From Mobula hypostoma (lineage: Eukaryota), in NCBI RefSeq assembly GCF_963921235.1, contig NC_086108.1:96164001-96228000 (forward strand): a stretch of DNA of 64,000 nucleotides, written 5' to 3'. Position numbers and translations under genes: made by a program. Below are positions 1-12,020 of the stretch, piece by piece. Position 1 is the first letter of the stretch; every line of letters begins with the position of its first letter. Under the pieces are notes generated by a model. The model was not told the DNA's origin. It did no database searches and saw only the letters and a list, made by a program, of their open reading frames with translations.

Positions 1-1452
1 TCATTGGAAAAATTGACATGTAAATTTGAGTTAGGAGGGTTACAACTTCCAAACTTTAAGAATTATTATAAAGCAAATCAACTTAGATTTATTGCATCTT
101 TCTTCGATGACCGAAAACCAACATGGATTAAAATAGAATTAGACAAGATAGGAGAAAATAGACCTGAAGATTTTATATATAAATGGGAATCTAAATGGAT
201 ACGGGAAAAGAAAGAATCTCCTATATTAATACATTTGATTGATCTATGGAATAAGATAAATGTTGATAATGAAATACAGAAATCTTTATTAGCGAGGAGA
301 CCGTTGTTCCAAAACAGACTTATTCCTTTTATAATGGACAATCAACTTTTATATAATTGGTACCAAAAAGGGATTAAATTTATAGGAGATTGTTATGAGC
401 GAGGTATATTGATGACATTTGAACAACTAAAGGATAAATATAAAATATCAAATAACACTTTCTTTTGTTACTTTCAATTAAGGGCTTACTTAAAAGGTAA
501 GCTGGGTCAAACAATGTTTTTGCCAAAACCTAATGAAATTGAAACTTTAATTCAAAAAGGGAAAATTAAAAAAATTATTTCTTGTATGTATAATTTGATT
601 CAAAAACAGACAATTAAACAAGGAATCCGTTAGTCAAAACAAAAATGGGAAACAGATCTGAATATTAATATTGATGAAACAAATTGGTCAAGACTTTGTC
701 TTGACAGTATGACAAACACAATAAATGTTCGACTTAGATTAGTACAATATAATTTTTTACACCAATTATATATTACACCACAAAAAATAAATAGATTAAA
801 TTCAAATCTATCCGATAAATGTTTTCGGTGTAATCAAGAAATTGGTACTTTCTTATATTCTACTTGGTCTTGTTTTAAAATTCAACCCTTTTGGATAAAT
901 TTAAGAGTCTTATTGGAACAAATTACTGGAACTCAACTTGCACATAACCCTGTATTATTTCTATTAGGTGATATTGAAGGGATAAAGCCGAAACTTAAAT
1001 TGAATAAATATCAGAAAAAATTTATAAAAATTGCATTGGCAGTAGCTAAGAAGACTTTAGCAGTTACTTGGAAATCTGATTCGTATTTAGGTATGAATCG
1101 TTGGAATAATGAAATGGCTAGTTCTATTCCACTTGAAAAAATTACTTATAATTTAAGAGATAAATATGTAACATTTTTGAATACTTGGCGCCCTTATTTA
1201 CAAAAGATAGGATGGCATATTTAAGTGCTCCGATAAAGATCTTGGTCCCTTGGGGAAAGTAACGAATAAGTATACCAAATTTATTTTGAATTCCATGGAG
1301 CATGTGGGAACCTTCCAATACCCAGGCGGTTCTTCTTTTTTTTTCCTTCTTTTCTTTTTTAGGTAGGACTTTATATGGGGGGGGGGAGGGTAGATATTAT
1401 CTTTTCATGTATTCTTTTTGAAAATTCAATAAAAATTATATTTTAAAAAAAA
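1..1452 (+). mobile_element. L1/Tx1-clade LINE, 3' part of ORF2 plus 3' UTR (continues upstream of the window)
   Basis: ORFs 4-633 and 709-1224 are in the same frame, separated by one TAG at 631-633. GGLQLPNFKNYYKA motif and zinc-knuckle CFRC...GTFLYSTWSC (His replaced by Tyr). G-tract 1377-1390, AATAAA 1428-1433, A-rich tail. Confidence 0.9.
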
Positions 1453-1569
1453 CAGTGCGTAACAGGAGATGAAGAAAGATGGAGCTGACTCATATCGTTT
1501 CCTTGCGGCCTGGTAGCACATGCTTTGCAGCCCGGTACCGGTCCGCCGCTCGGTTGTTGGGGACTGCTG
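1451..1569. mobile_element. Right end of a hAT-type non-autonomous element (same family as 47561-48353)
   Basis: Colinear with ~48234-48353 (aacagtgcgt...gctgactcatatcgtttcct...ggtaccggtccgc). Ends in the TIR gttggggactgctg. Confidence 0.85.
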
Positions 1570-4500
1570 GCGTAGGGAGCAATCCCTGCGGAAAGCAGAA
1601 AGGGCAGTGGGGAGGGAAAGATGTGCTTAGTGGTGGGATCCTGTTGGAGGTGGCAGAAGTTACGGAGAATTATATGTTGGACCCAGAGGCTGGTGGGGTG
1701 GTAGGTGAGGACAAAGGAAACCCTATTCCTAGTGGGGTGGTGGGAGGATGGGGTGAGAGCAGATGTGCGTGAAATGGGAGAGATGCGTTTGAGAGCAGAG
1801 TTGATGGTGGAGGAAGGGAAGCCCCTTTCTCTAAAAAAGGAGGACATCTCCTTCATCCTGGAATGAAAAGCCTCATCCTTGGGGGAAAATGTGCAGCTTT
1901 CAATGGTCCTCGACTAATTCTTTGACTTGGAGAGAACATTGTTGGAAAAACATTATAAGATACTTCAAGACCCCATATCAGGAAAAATATAAAGATACAA
2001 ATGTGATGTGTTGGAGAAGGTGCGGCTCCAAGGAGGCAAATCATTTTCATATTTTCTGGGATTGCCCTAAATTAAGTCTATTTTGGGAAGGTATTCATAG
2101 AACATTAGTTAAGGTACTTAGGTCCCAGATACCTCTGAACTTTGAGACGCTCTATTTGGGGCATGTATTGTTCCTTGAACAGAAGGAAGATATAAAGTTG
2201 CTGCAGGCCCTCTTAACGGCAAGTAAGAAATCAATCACTAGAAAATGGCTAAATCCAATACCACCTACATTAGAAGATTGGTACGAAATTATCTTGGAAA
2301 TATTTAAAATGGAAAAGTTGACTTACTCCCTGAGAACTCAAAAAGAAACATTTTATCAAATCTGGAATAAATGGATTGAATATATAACCCCAATGCGAGC
2401 AGACTTTAGATGACTCTCCTAATGATTTATATTGCTCTTCTCATCAACACTGTAATATTACTAACATAAGCACCCCTAGTCTAAATGTTTGTTTTTTTTT
2501 GGAAAATAGAGAATTAACACAAGTAAAGGGAAAAATTTGGGAAAGGGATAAAAAAAAAGAAAAAATTAAGTAAATAAGTACATAGGGATTGGATAATTAT
2601 GTCTGTGGGCAGGAACAAGCACGAACAAATTGGGATATAAACACCTACAATGGTTGGTATATAGGCTTGTATGCAACATTTTGGACCAGTGGAAATGGTC
2701 CAGAAGGGTTGTATGGAAACTATTATTACCATTTTTCTTAACAACTAATTTCATTACTTAGCCTAATAGGTTAGATTTACCAAAGTACATAATTATCTAT
2801 TTAAATGTTTATTTTCCTTTTATATCATCTCAATGTGTACTTAAGAATGTATAAATAATTGTAGTTTTATACATATAAAAAAATGGAAAAGGTTATATGT
2901 GTGAAAAAAGTACATGATAATTGTGAATTCCTTATCCAAATAAAAATAAAATTTAAAAAAAAAGCCTCATCCTGAAAGCAGGTGCAGCGGAGACGCAGGA
3001 ATTGTGAGAAGGGGATGGCATTTTTGCAAGAGACAGTGTGGGAAGAGGAATAATCCAGGTAGCTGTGAGAGTCCGTAGGCTTATAGTAGACATCAGTAGA
3101 TAAGCTGTCTCCAGAGATAGAGACCGAAAGAGCAAGAAAGGGGAGGGAGGTGTCAGAAATGGACCAAGTAAACTTGAGGGCAGGGTGAAAGTTGGAGGAA
3201 AAGTTAATGAAGTCAACGAGCTCAGATTGCGTGCAGGAAGCAGCGCCAATGCAGTCGTCGATGTAGTGAAGGAAAAGTGGGGGGCAGATACCAGTATAGG
3301 TTTAGAAGATGGATTGTTCCACAAAGCCAACAAAAAGGCAGGCATAGCTGGGACCCATACGGGTGCCCATGGCTACACCTTTAGTTTGGAGGAAGTGGGA
3401 GGAGCCAAAGGAGAAATTATTAAGAGTAAGGACTAATTCCACTAGACGGAGGAGAATGGTGGTAGAGGGGAACTGGTTAGGTCTGGAATCCAAAAAGAAC
3501 CGGAGAGCTTTGAGACCTTCCTGTTGGGGGATAGAGGTATATAGGGACTGGACATCCATGGTGAAAATAAAGCGATGGGGGCCAGGGAACTTAAAATCAT
3601 TGAAAAAATTCAGAGCGTGAGAAGTGTCACGAATATAGGTGGGAAGGGATTGGACAAGGGGGGATAAAACAGTGTCGAGCTATGCAGGAATGAGTTCGGT
3701 GGGGCAGGAGCAAGCTGAGACAGTGGGTCTACCTGGACAGGCAGGTTTGTGGATCTTGGGTAGGAGGTAGAAACGGGAAGTGTGGGGTGTGGAACCTATA
3801 AGGTTGGTAGCAGTGGATGGGAGATCCCCTGAGCTGATAAAATCGGTGATAGTGTGGGAGACAATGGCCTGGTGCTCGTTGGTGGGGTCATGATCGAGGG
3901 GTAAATAAGAGGAGGTATCCGCGAGTTGTTGCTATGCCTTGGCAAGGTAGAGGTCAGTATGCCAGACTACAACAGCACCCCCCTTATCGGCGGGTTTTAT
4001 AGTAAGGTTAGGATTAGTGCGGAGGGAGTGGAGAGCAGAGTGTTCGGAAGGAGTGAGGTTGGAATTGGAACAAGGTGTGGTGAAGTTGAGATGGTTGATG
4101 TGCCGTCGGCAGTTAGCAATAAAGAGATCCAGCTCAGGCAGAAGACCTGAGCCTGGTGTCCATGAAGAGGAGGAGGGATGAAGATGGGAGAGGGGATCAT
4201 CGGTGGGGGTGGGAGAGTTCTTGCCGAAGAAATAGGCTCATAGACGGAGCCGACGGAAAAAGAGTTCAGCGTCGTGGTGAACGCGGAACTCGCTGAGGTG
4301 TTGGTGATAGGGGACAAAGATAAGGCCCTTACTGAGGACAGAGCGCTCTGCCTCAGAGAGTTGAAGGTTGGAGGGGATGGTAAAGACCCGGCACAGATGA
4401 GAAGTGGGATCAGAAGGGGGAGGGGAGGGAGGCTGGTAGTGTCAGTGGAGACAAGATGGTTGGGGTGAGAGGAAGAAGGAGCCTCTGAGGGCCCAGGAGT

Positions 4501-4583
4501 AGATTATGGGATGTGAGGGAGACGGGGTTGCAGAGTGGTGGTGGGGGAAGGGGAGACTGGAGTCACAATAGCAGTACATGAAG
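1570..4583 (-). mobile_element. Penelope-like retroelement, reverse transcriptase region, disrupted and interrupted by an L1
   Basis: MDVQSLYTSIP...FLQTKGVAMGTRMGPSYACLF (3302-3559). After one TAA the same frame gives TYTGICPPLFLHYIDDC (YIDD at 3254-3265). Removing the L1 and one TSD restores QDEAF-HSRMKEMSSFFRERGFP (ORF 1443-1856). Confidence 0.9.
1880..2959 (+). mobile_element. 5'-truncated L1/Tx1-clade LINE (second family) with 14-bp TSD
   Basis: Open ORF 1889-2413 with intact CCHC knuckle CWRRCG...HFHIFWDC. AATAAA 2939-2944 and A tail. Exact TSD aaaagcctcatcct at 1866-1879 and 2960-2973. Confidence 0.92.
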
Positions 4584-4589
4584 TTCGAG

Positions 4590-4832
4590 GCTCCCTTCTC
4601 CAGCCTCGTATCCCTTTTGCCAATCAACTTTTCAGCTCTTAGCTTCATCCCTGTCCCTCCTATCTTCTCCTATCATTTTGGATCGCCCCCTCCCCCTCCC
4701 ACTTTCAAATCTCTTACTGTCTCTTCTTTCAGTTAGTCCTGACGAAGGGTCTCGGCCCGAAACGTTGACTGTACCTCTTCCTATAGATGCTACCTGGCCT
4801 GCTGCGTTCAGCAGCAATTTTTGTGTGTGTTG
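4590..4832 (+). mobile_element. Penelope 3' terminal segment (pseudo-LTR), inverted relative to the adjacent RT ORF
   Basis: Reverse complement of ~61016-61250, which lies 3' of a Penelope endonuclease tail. Abuts the 5'-truncated end of the minus-strand ORF. Confidence 0.82.
4735..4770 (+). ncRNA. Minimal type I hammerhead ribozyme motif in Penelope pseudo-LTR
   Basis: agtc-CTGACGA-a-gggt(ctcg)gccc-GAAA-cgtt-gact: stem I agtc/gact, CUGANGA and GAAA cores, 4-bp stem II, vestigial helix III, GUU cleavage triplet. Confidence 0.75.
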
Positions 4833-5168
4833 TAATATAAATGCAGGTAGTGTTACGGATATGGTATTAAATGCCCATTTGCAGTGGTAGGATATTTAAT
4901 GCCATCTGGCATCTTTGTAATGACTGGATGTTTGAACATTTACAACCAAACATTGCTGAAGGTATAATGCAGTAACATCCCAGTTGAGGAATCTGAGTGA
5001 ACTGGGCAGGCAAAAGTGGTCCATATCTCCCAGCAAAATGCTGACAGGGCCCCTGGTATGATCCACTAAGTTCAGGATTTTCATGTAAGCATGCTTGGAA
5101 ACTTGCCCTTAAGACCTGTGGTAGCTGAGGAGACACAAGAAACTTCAGATTTTGTAATCTGGAACAAA

Positions 5169-5256
5169 TCCTGATGTAGAGTCTCGACATGAAACATTGA
5201 CTATCCCGCTACTTCTACAGGTGCAGCCAAAACTTACCTCTGAGATCTCTGCATAT
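5169..5256 (+). mobile_element. Degenerate Penelope 3'-end mini-copy
   Basis: cctgatgtagagtctcgacatgaaacattgact...ctacaggtgcagcc resembles 4738-4800. Confidence 0.55.
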
Positions 5257-5389
5257 CTTTTACTGTAAAATTTAAGATCATTTTGAAGTGTCTGTAAGAT
5301 ACCCCACACGAAAATTATAGCACAGAAAATGGTCATTTGACCTAATTTACCAATTCTGCTATTTATACATGAAGTATCTTGTACAATAA

Positions 5390-5570
5390 GATGGACTGTT
5401 TACCTCAGTGCACCTCATCATGACCCTGCACCTTATTGACTTCCTGCACTGCGCTCGCTGTGACTAACACTATATTCTACAGTTTGTTATTGCTTTTCCC
5501 TTGTATAACTTTTATGTACTAATGTGATAAAATAATCTCTATTGATGGCATGCAAGATAGTTTTTCACCA
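5390..5570 (+). repeat. Interspersed repeat, LINE 3' UTR-like fragment
   Basis: atggact...tgcaccttattg...ctgcactgc is colinear with ~51660-51845. Confidence 0.55.
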
Positions 5571-7291
5571 TGCGCTATACAGTGCATATACTTACCGCTC
5601 TGCTAGTAAATGATTTTCTGTGAATCCGTATTGGTTGTTTAGTGACTGATTGCTCTATTGTTAAAGCATACTTGGTGTGTCAATTTTAAGTTGTCTTCAA
5701 CATAATTGAAATTGTTTTTTCTTCTTCTAAATTTAGCAGGATTATAAACTTAGACCTTCTCTCCTAACGATGTTTATAAACTACGCAATTGTGTTCAAAG
5801 ATTTGGCAGTGCCACGTTGTAATACGGTTTTCGTTTTCTTTGTAGCAGATTTTAATGCTAGGCGTCACTTGTCTGCTGCCTTTGTTCCACCATTATAATA
5901 ACAATTTGTAATGACTAATGTTCCTCTCCTAAGCTTCACAGTTTCCTGTTCATTCTAGTTGCTGGCAGCTGAATACAGTGAAGTATACATAGAGATCAGG
6001 TTGTGCTTGACGAATAGTATTCTAACTCTTTTATGATTTGCAATTTTCAATATTTACCCTACAGTTTCTAACTTAAGATTTATGTACATTTTCTCCTTTT
6101 GTTCAATTGTATCACACCATTTATATAATTTATTTTGAATGTCTTTTTGTAGTTCCAGAAACCCATTATCTTGTTTTTATTTTTATTCAGTGTGTGAAAT
6201 AGCTAGATATTTACTGTAAAAATACTTTAAATCCCAGGAGTAGTGAATTTTAAAAATACCGTCTTTCAAAATATGTGGTCTTTGCAGGCAGACCCAGCAT
6301 TTAATTGTTTATCCCTCATTGGTGGTGTTAAGCTGCCACCCTGAATCACTGCAGTCTTTGAATGTGTGTATACTCACAATACTGTTAGGAATATAACTGA
6401 CAGCTTTCTACCAATACCTCTGCCACAATTATTCTCAATACTTGTGCCTCACAAGGCTGCATCCTCACCCTCCAACTCTACTCCCTATACAGTACTGTGT
6501 GGCCAGATTCTGCCCCAACTCAAGTTAAGTTTGTCATCTGGCTGTATATACACCAAGCAAAATAATGATCCTCTGGACCACGGTGCACTCACAAAATGTA
6601 TATCACACACAGCACATAAACCGAAATATTGCTGCAAATAAGTTAGTAAAATATAATTCAAAATGCATGTAGGGTGCAGCACAGGTAATCAGTAACAGCT
6701 CACTGTCCTAGTGACAAGACCTCGGTGGAGAACTACATCTACAAGTTTGTAGTGGGCAGCATCTCAAATAAAGGTGAGTCAGAGTCTAGGAAGGAGATAG
6801 GGAGCTAGTAAACTGGCGTCATGACAACAACCTTTCCTTCAATGTCAGTGTAACAAAAGAGCTGGTGATTCAAAGTACATTTTTTTAAAAAAGGCTGGTT
6901 TTTAAAGCTGAAATTGTTGCACATCTCAATGCATTTTAAAAAATGGTCCCAATCTTAATATGCTAACTTGGGGTATCATAAACTACAGGAGAAGAGCAGC
7001 AGCCATTTATTTCTTCATCAGGAGGCTGCCCCAGTACATTCAGCTTAATTTAGGAGCATAGCAGCCTTTGTTCCATCATAATTCTATCTTGATATTCACA
7101 CTGAATATCTTTAGTATCTTTAGGAATCTTCTCTGGATGATTGGGAAGGAACAGAATTGTGATCTGGTTGATTGAATCAGCCTGCATATGGAGTAAAGCA
7201 GTGGTCAGCATTTGTAATGCCCAGTATCAGAAAGAAACCTGCTTGAATTCAAAACTTTGCAAATATAAGGAATGCACAGCATGCTCCAGAG

Positions 7292-7372
7292 CAGGAGTTC
7301 CCAACCTAGGATCTGCAGACCCCTTGGTTAATGCTAGGTGTCCATGGTATCCATAAGGGTTGGGAACCCCTG
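7292..7372. mobile_element. ~80-bp hAT-type MITE
   Basis: TIRs caggagttcccaacc / ggttgggaacccctg. Candidate 8-bp TSD ctccagag / cttgagag (6/8). Second copy at 9436-9513. Confidence 0.75.
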
Positions 7373-8213
7373 CTTGAGAGTTACCATGTCCTTAATACAG
7401 GATAAATTAGCAATAATGGTAGATATAAAGGTTGAAATGCTTTTAGGAATGCCTTCAGATCCCTGTAGAGCATAATTCTTCATTGCACATATATATGATA
7501 AAGTATAAAACCTGTGTTTATTCTGTACATGCATAAGAAAAATGGTGGAAGCTACTTTAGGATTAATATATTTAAATGAACAGTTACTTTACATACCCAA
7601 GTCTAATACAATACCTGAGCTATTGCACTTAGTCATTAAATGACTGGAGCATTAATACTGACTTTCAGTTGCTGATTTTCTCCCTTCTCCAAAGCTGGCA
7701 TCCATTTATTATAAAAATTACATTTATAATGCAATTCTATCAAAGCATAATGAAGGATGTCAGATTTTTTAAACACCAAGTTAGGAATGCCAATTTTGTT
7801 ATGTTACTTTGCAATATTTGCATATTTGTTGTACATCTGCATAAACTAAGGCATTTGAATGCAGTTTTTGTTATGATTGAAGTGAATTAGTTAAAACCAA
7901 ATTGAAAATTATTTTGTTATGCAGAGGATGTTTAATTCTACTGAATGCAAACTTTGTTTGGAATTAAATACTGAAAGCGAGTTGAGTTTGATCCTCACAC
8001 AGCTTAATTTGTACTCCAAATCTTGTAATGTTACAGCACTAAAGTCAATTCTTGCATCCCTTTCTAAATGTGATAACATACTGTGGAATTTTTCTCATCT
8101 AAGACGGTTATTGAAAATGACTGATACAAAGAAGCCAATGGATATTATTAAGCATTTTAGAAACCTGAGCCAAAGACAAGATATTATTATATAAAAAAAA
8201 GATATTATTTGGT

Positions 8214-8307
8214 CAACACACATCAAAGTTGCTGGTGAACGCCCCAGGCCAGGCAGCATCTCTAGGAAGAGGTACAGTCGACGTTTCGGGCCCAGACCCT
8301 TCATCAG
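8214..8307 (-). mobile_element. Penelope-derived mini-insertion beginning at the hammerhead core, 14-bp TSD
   Basis: Reverse complement begins ctgatga-a-gggtctgggccc-gaaa-cgtc-gactg. Exact direct repeat agatattatttggt at 8200-8213 and 8306-8319. Confidence 0.85.
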
Positions 8308-9435
8308 ATATTATTTGGTGTTTTCTTTAGTGTAATTGGAGCAATCTTTTCATTTATCATAGCAGCAGAATAAGAAATGTGTTGGATAAGGGAGAATAGA
8401 GCAATGACAGAATGGAGTCAATAACAGAAAATGTATCAATATGACCCGTGCATGAAACAAAAGAAATATAATTGCTAGTACAAACTACCATAGCATTAAT
8501 ATGCATTTAAATTGCTCAGAGGTCTGACTATACCAAAGTATTACTCAGCTCATCTTTATGGCCAGTCATGAGCTTGAAACAGTTCCCTTATTGGCTTGAT
8601 CCCAAAAAGAAACTTGCTGTTGGACTCTGGCCAACATTCTCTATTCTGATTCTCACCACCCCTCCCAGTTTGAATGGGGCAGAGTATTGACAATGAGTGA
8701 GTGAACATGTTGTTATCTGTGTGGGTCTTTTGGGGAATCTGTAGGATAATTGTGGGTGGGGGATGGGTTAGAGAAAGGAAATTTAGAAAAGAGAAAAATG
8801 CCTGACAAATGATTAACTTTCAAATTAGTAACTGTAATACACTACAAATGGACTAAACAGCTTTTTTAAAAATTTGAAAGGGAACTTGAGCGTAAAGTGA
8901 TGATTTTATCCCTGCCTTTCCCTCTTCTGTCTGGATTATTTGTGTTTGCACACACAACAGCCTCTCTATTTTGGTGTTTGAAAGTGGCTCATTGTCCAAA
9001 GAACTTTCAAAGATATTCAAAAATGATATCAGATACAAATGTAATGTTATTTTGCAAATATAAACTTTTGTTTGGCACAAAAGTAGATAATTTACAAGTT
9101 TGAACTTTCTGGAACTCTTGTGTTGTTGAATTGGGAGAACAAGCCAAGAACATAATCGATGCAGTGTCACATGTACTTAGAACTGTTTCCCATGAGAGCG
9201 TGCGTTTCCTGGGACTCCAGGGACTTGAGTGCTGCAAGGCTGCTTCTCTTAAACATCACAGTATTCTTTTGGCTTTTTCCTTTACAATGTGATTACAGTA
9301 GAAATACTTGTTTTGATTACATTTTGTTAGGTGACCAATATGTCCGGGTCTCTCCTGATGTTTTGTGGGTTATTGAGTCTCAGGGTAATAGTATGAGTAC
9401 AATCACTCGGACTAGGGTATGATGTTCTTCTGAGG

Positions 9436-9513
9436 CAGGAGTTTCCTACCTGGGTCCATGGACCCCTACGTTAATAGTAAGGCTCCATGGCATAAAAAGC
9501 ATAGGGAACCCTG
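9436..9513. mobile_element. ~80-bp hAT-type MITE, degenerate second copy
   Basis: caggagtttcctacctgggtccatggacccc...tccatggcataaaaag...gggaaccctg is colinear with 7292-7372. Confidence 0.65.
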
Positions 9514-10167
9514 TGTTGCAAGTCTTGGCTATCCTTTACCCTCAAGCTTTTTGCTAAGAATTGACCATATATTCTTTAAAATTGGGTGCGGGGAGAAGAA
9601 AGAGATAAAACAAAATTAATACTATGCTTCTACAGGTCTTTTTGAGCTTTTCCACAGTGGTTATCCCTTTCATCTAATATGAGACATTGCAATTATAAAA
9701 ACACACAGTCCTGTCCAGCACCATTAACTAGGGGTTTCAAATGTTTGCTTTTTCAGACTTCACACGGCAAAAAGCATCTGACATAATTCCCAAGGACAAA
9801 GTTCAAATGCTAAAGGAAAGTGATTTTATTGTAAAATGTACAGTCTTTCAAGGGAAAAAGTGTGATGTAATATTGTCAGTACCTAGGAAACTAGAGTTCT
9901 AAAAATTCTTGTGTACATCTTAAGATCTGTTAGCTCCAGTTTAAAAGTTATATTGCAGGACTTCCTTTCTTTTATCTATTGTTGTCAAGTTTGGTTAGTG
10001 TAATGTAATTTAAAATATCTGTGTCTTCAGAGGATTTGTTTTGTGAAAGTTGCTTCCTTTTGAGGTTCTTTGTATTGAACTGTTTGCATCACAACTTGCT
10101 GTTCATACCTTATTGCCCTAACAACATTATTTTTTGTCTTGTCTCTGGATCTTCTTCACAATTGCAT

Positions 10168-11320
10168 CAATTGAATTGAATTGACTTTATTTCTTATATC
10201 CTTTGTGTACATGAGGAGTAAAAATCTTTGGTATCATCTCTGTCTAAATGTGCAGTGTGCAATTTATAGTAATTTGAAATAAATAATATGTACAACAGGA
10301 CACTTAATATAGCATAGAAATACAATTGTATCAGCATGAATTAATCAGTCTGATGGCCTGGTGGAAGAAGCTGTCCTGGAGCCTGTTGGTCCTGGCTTTT
10401 ATGCTGCGGTACCATTTCCCGGATGGTAACACCTGGAACTGTTTGTGTTTGGACTGACTCGGGTCCCCAATGATCCTTCAGGCCTTTTTTATACACCTGT
10501 CTCTGTAGATGTCCTGAATAGTGGGAAGTTCACATCTACAGATGCACTGGGCTATCTGCACCACTCTCTGCAGAGTCCTGCGATTGAGGGAAGTACAGTT
10601 CCCATACCAGGCAGTGATGTAGCCAGTCAAGATGCTCTCTATTATGCCCCTGTAGAAAGTCCTTAGGATTTGGGGACTCTTGTCAAACTTCTTCAACTGT
10701 CTGAGGTGAAAGAGGTTCTGTTATGCTTTTTTCACCACACAGCTGGTACATACAGACTACGTGAGATCCTCAGTGATGTGTATGCTGAGGAACTCAAATC
10801 TGTTCACCCTCTCAACCCCAGATCCACTGATGTCGATAGGGGTTAGCCTGTCTCCATTCCTCCTGTAGTCCACAACCAGCTCCTTTGTTTTATGTGACAT
10901 TGAGGGAGAGATTGTTTTCTTGACACCACTGTGTCAGGGTGATGACTTCTTCTCTGTAGGCTGCCTCAGTATTATTTGAGGTTAGGCCAATCAATATAGT
11001 ATCGTCAGCAAATTTAATTAGCAGATTGGAGCTGTGGGTGGCGATAAATTCATGGGTATATAGAGAGTAAAGGAGGGGGGCTTAGGACGCAGCCCTGAGG
11101 GGCACCTGTGTTGAGGGTCAGAGAGGCAGAGGTGAGGGAGCCTACTCTTACCACCTGCCGGCGATCTGACAGGAAGTCCAGGATCCAACTACATAAGGCT
11201 GGGTGAAGGCCAAGGTCTCTGAGCTTCTTGTCAAGCCTGGAGGGAATTATGGTGTTGAATGCTGAACTGTAGTCCAAGAACAGCATTCTCACAAATGCAT
11301 CCTTCTTTTCCAGATGTGTA
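10168..11320 (-). mobile_element. Rex1/Babar-type LINE, 5'-truncated
   Basis: [16 protein letters not shown]...[11 protein letters not shown] (11050-11292) and FYRGIIESILTGYITAWYGNC (10478-10696). Minus-strand tail aataaagt(caatt)n at the 10168 end. Confidence 0.88.
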
Positions 11321-11829
11321 AGATAATATTATTCTTCCAAATTTACACATCCCTGTACATTTCAACAGTGAGTTTATATCTTACTGAAATTCTCACTGAT
11401 GTTAAAACTAACAAAAAACACAAATTTAGGACTAATGTTATAAATTGCTCAGCAAAACAGTGATGAATGTAGACAAACAGTGGTAAACCAAATACCAAAG
11501 TTTGAAAAAATATTTTTATATTTACAAGCTATTCCTTCCAACACAAAATACAATTATACTAGGAAGAGATTCTAAATTAAAATTGAAATGTTTATCTGGT
11601 GTCATTACTTTAGAAATCTGTGCATGGGTGGGAGACGTGGAGAAATATCCAGACTATTTGTCCTTTGGCACTTGGTGGTACTCAAAAGACCATGTTTTTT
11701 TGTCGTCCTTAATCTCAGAGGTCAGTTAGGAACCTACATTGTTGAGTCTGGAGTCCCATCTATGCAGGGAGAGGCTGGGAAGGCTGGTACTTCATTCCTA
11801 CAAGTGTAGGAGACCTCTGTATATCATGA

Positions 11830-12020
11830 GGGCCATAGATAGGATGAATACACACAATCTTTTTCCCAGGGAATAGGACTCAAAATCTAGAAGGTTTAAG
11901 TTATGAGGTGAAAGATTTAAAAGGGTCTTGAAGGACAGCTGCATAAAGAGGGTAGTGTGTATGTGGGATGAGCTGCCAGAGGAAGTGGTTTAGGCAAGTA
12001 CAATAACAATATTTAAAATA
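11830..12020 (+). mobile_element. CR1 LINE 3' fragment, degenerate
   Basis: atgagggccatagatagg...tttttcccaggg...gaggtgaaagatttaaaaggg...gagctgccagaggaagtggt; similar to 13050-13260. Confidence 0.65.

Noticed and set aside
4..1224. Long ORFs as a host gene
   Set aside because: They are L1/Tx1 ORF2 C-terminal sequence with a premature stop, UTR and A tail.
11588..11809. ORF containing VVLNLRG, reminiscent of the TGFBR3 upstream exon motif HVLNLR
   Set aside because: No preceding HPV/GCASRG motifs and no suitable splice sites; chance match.
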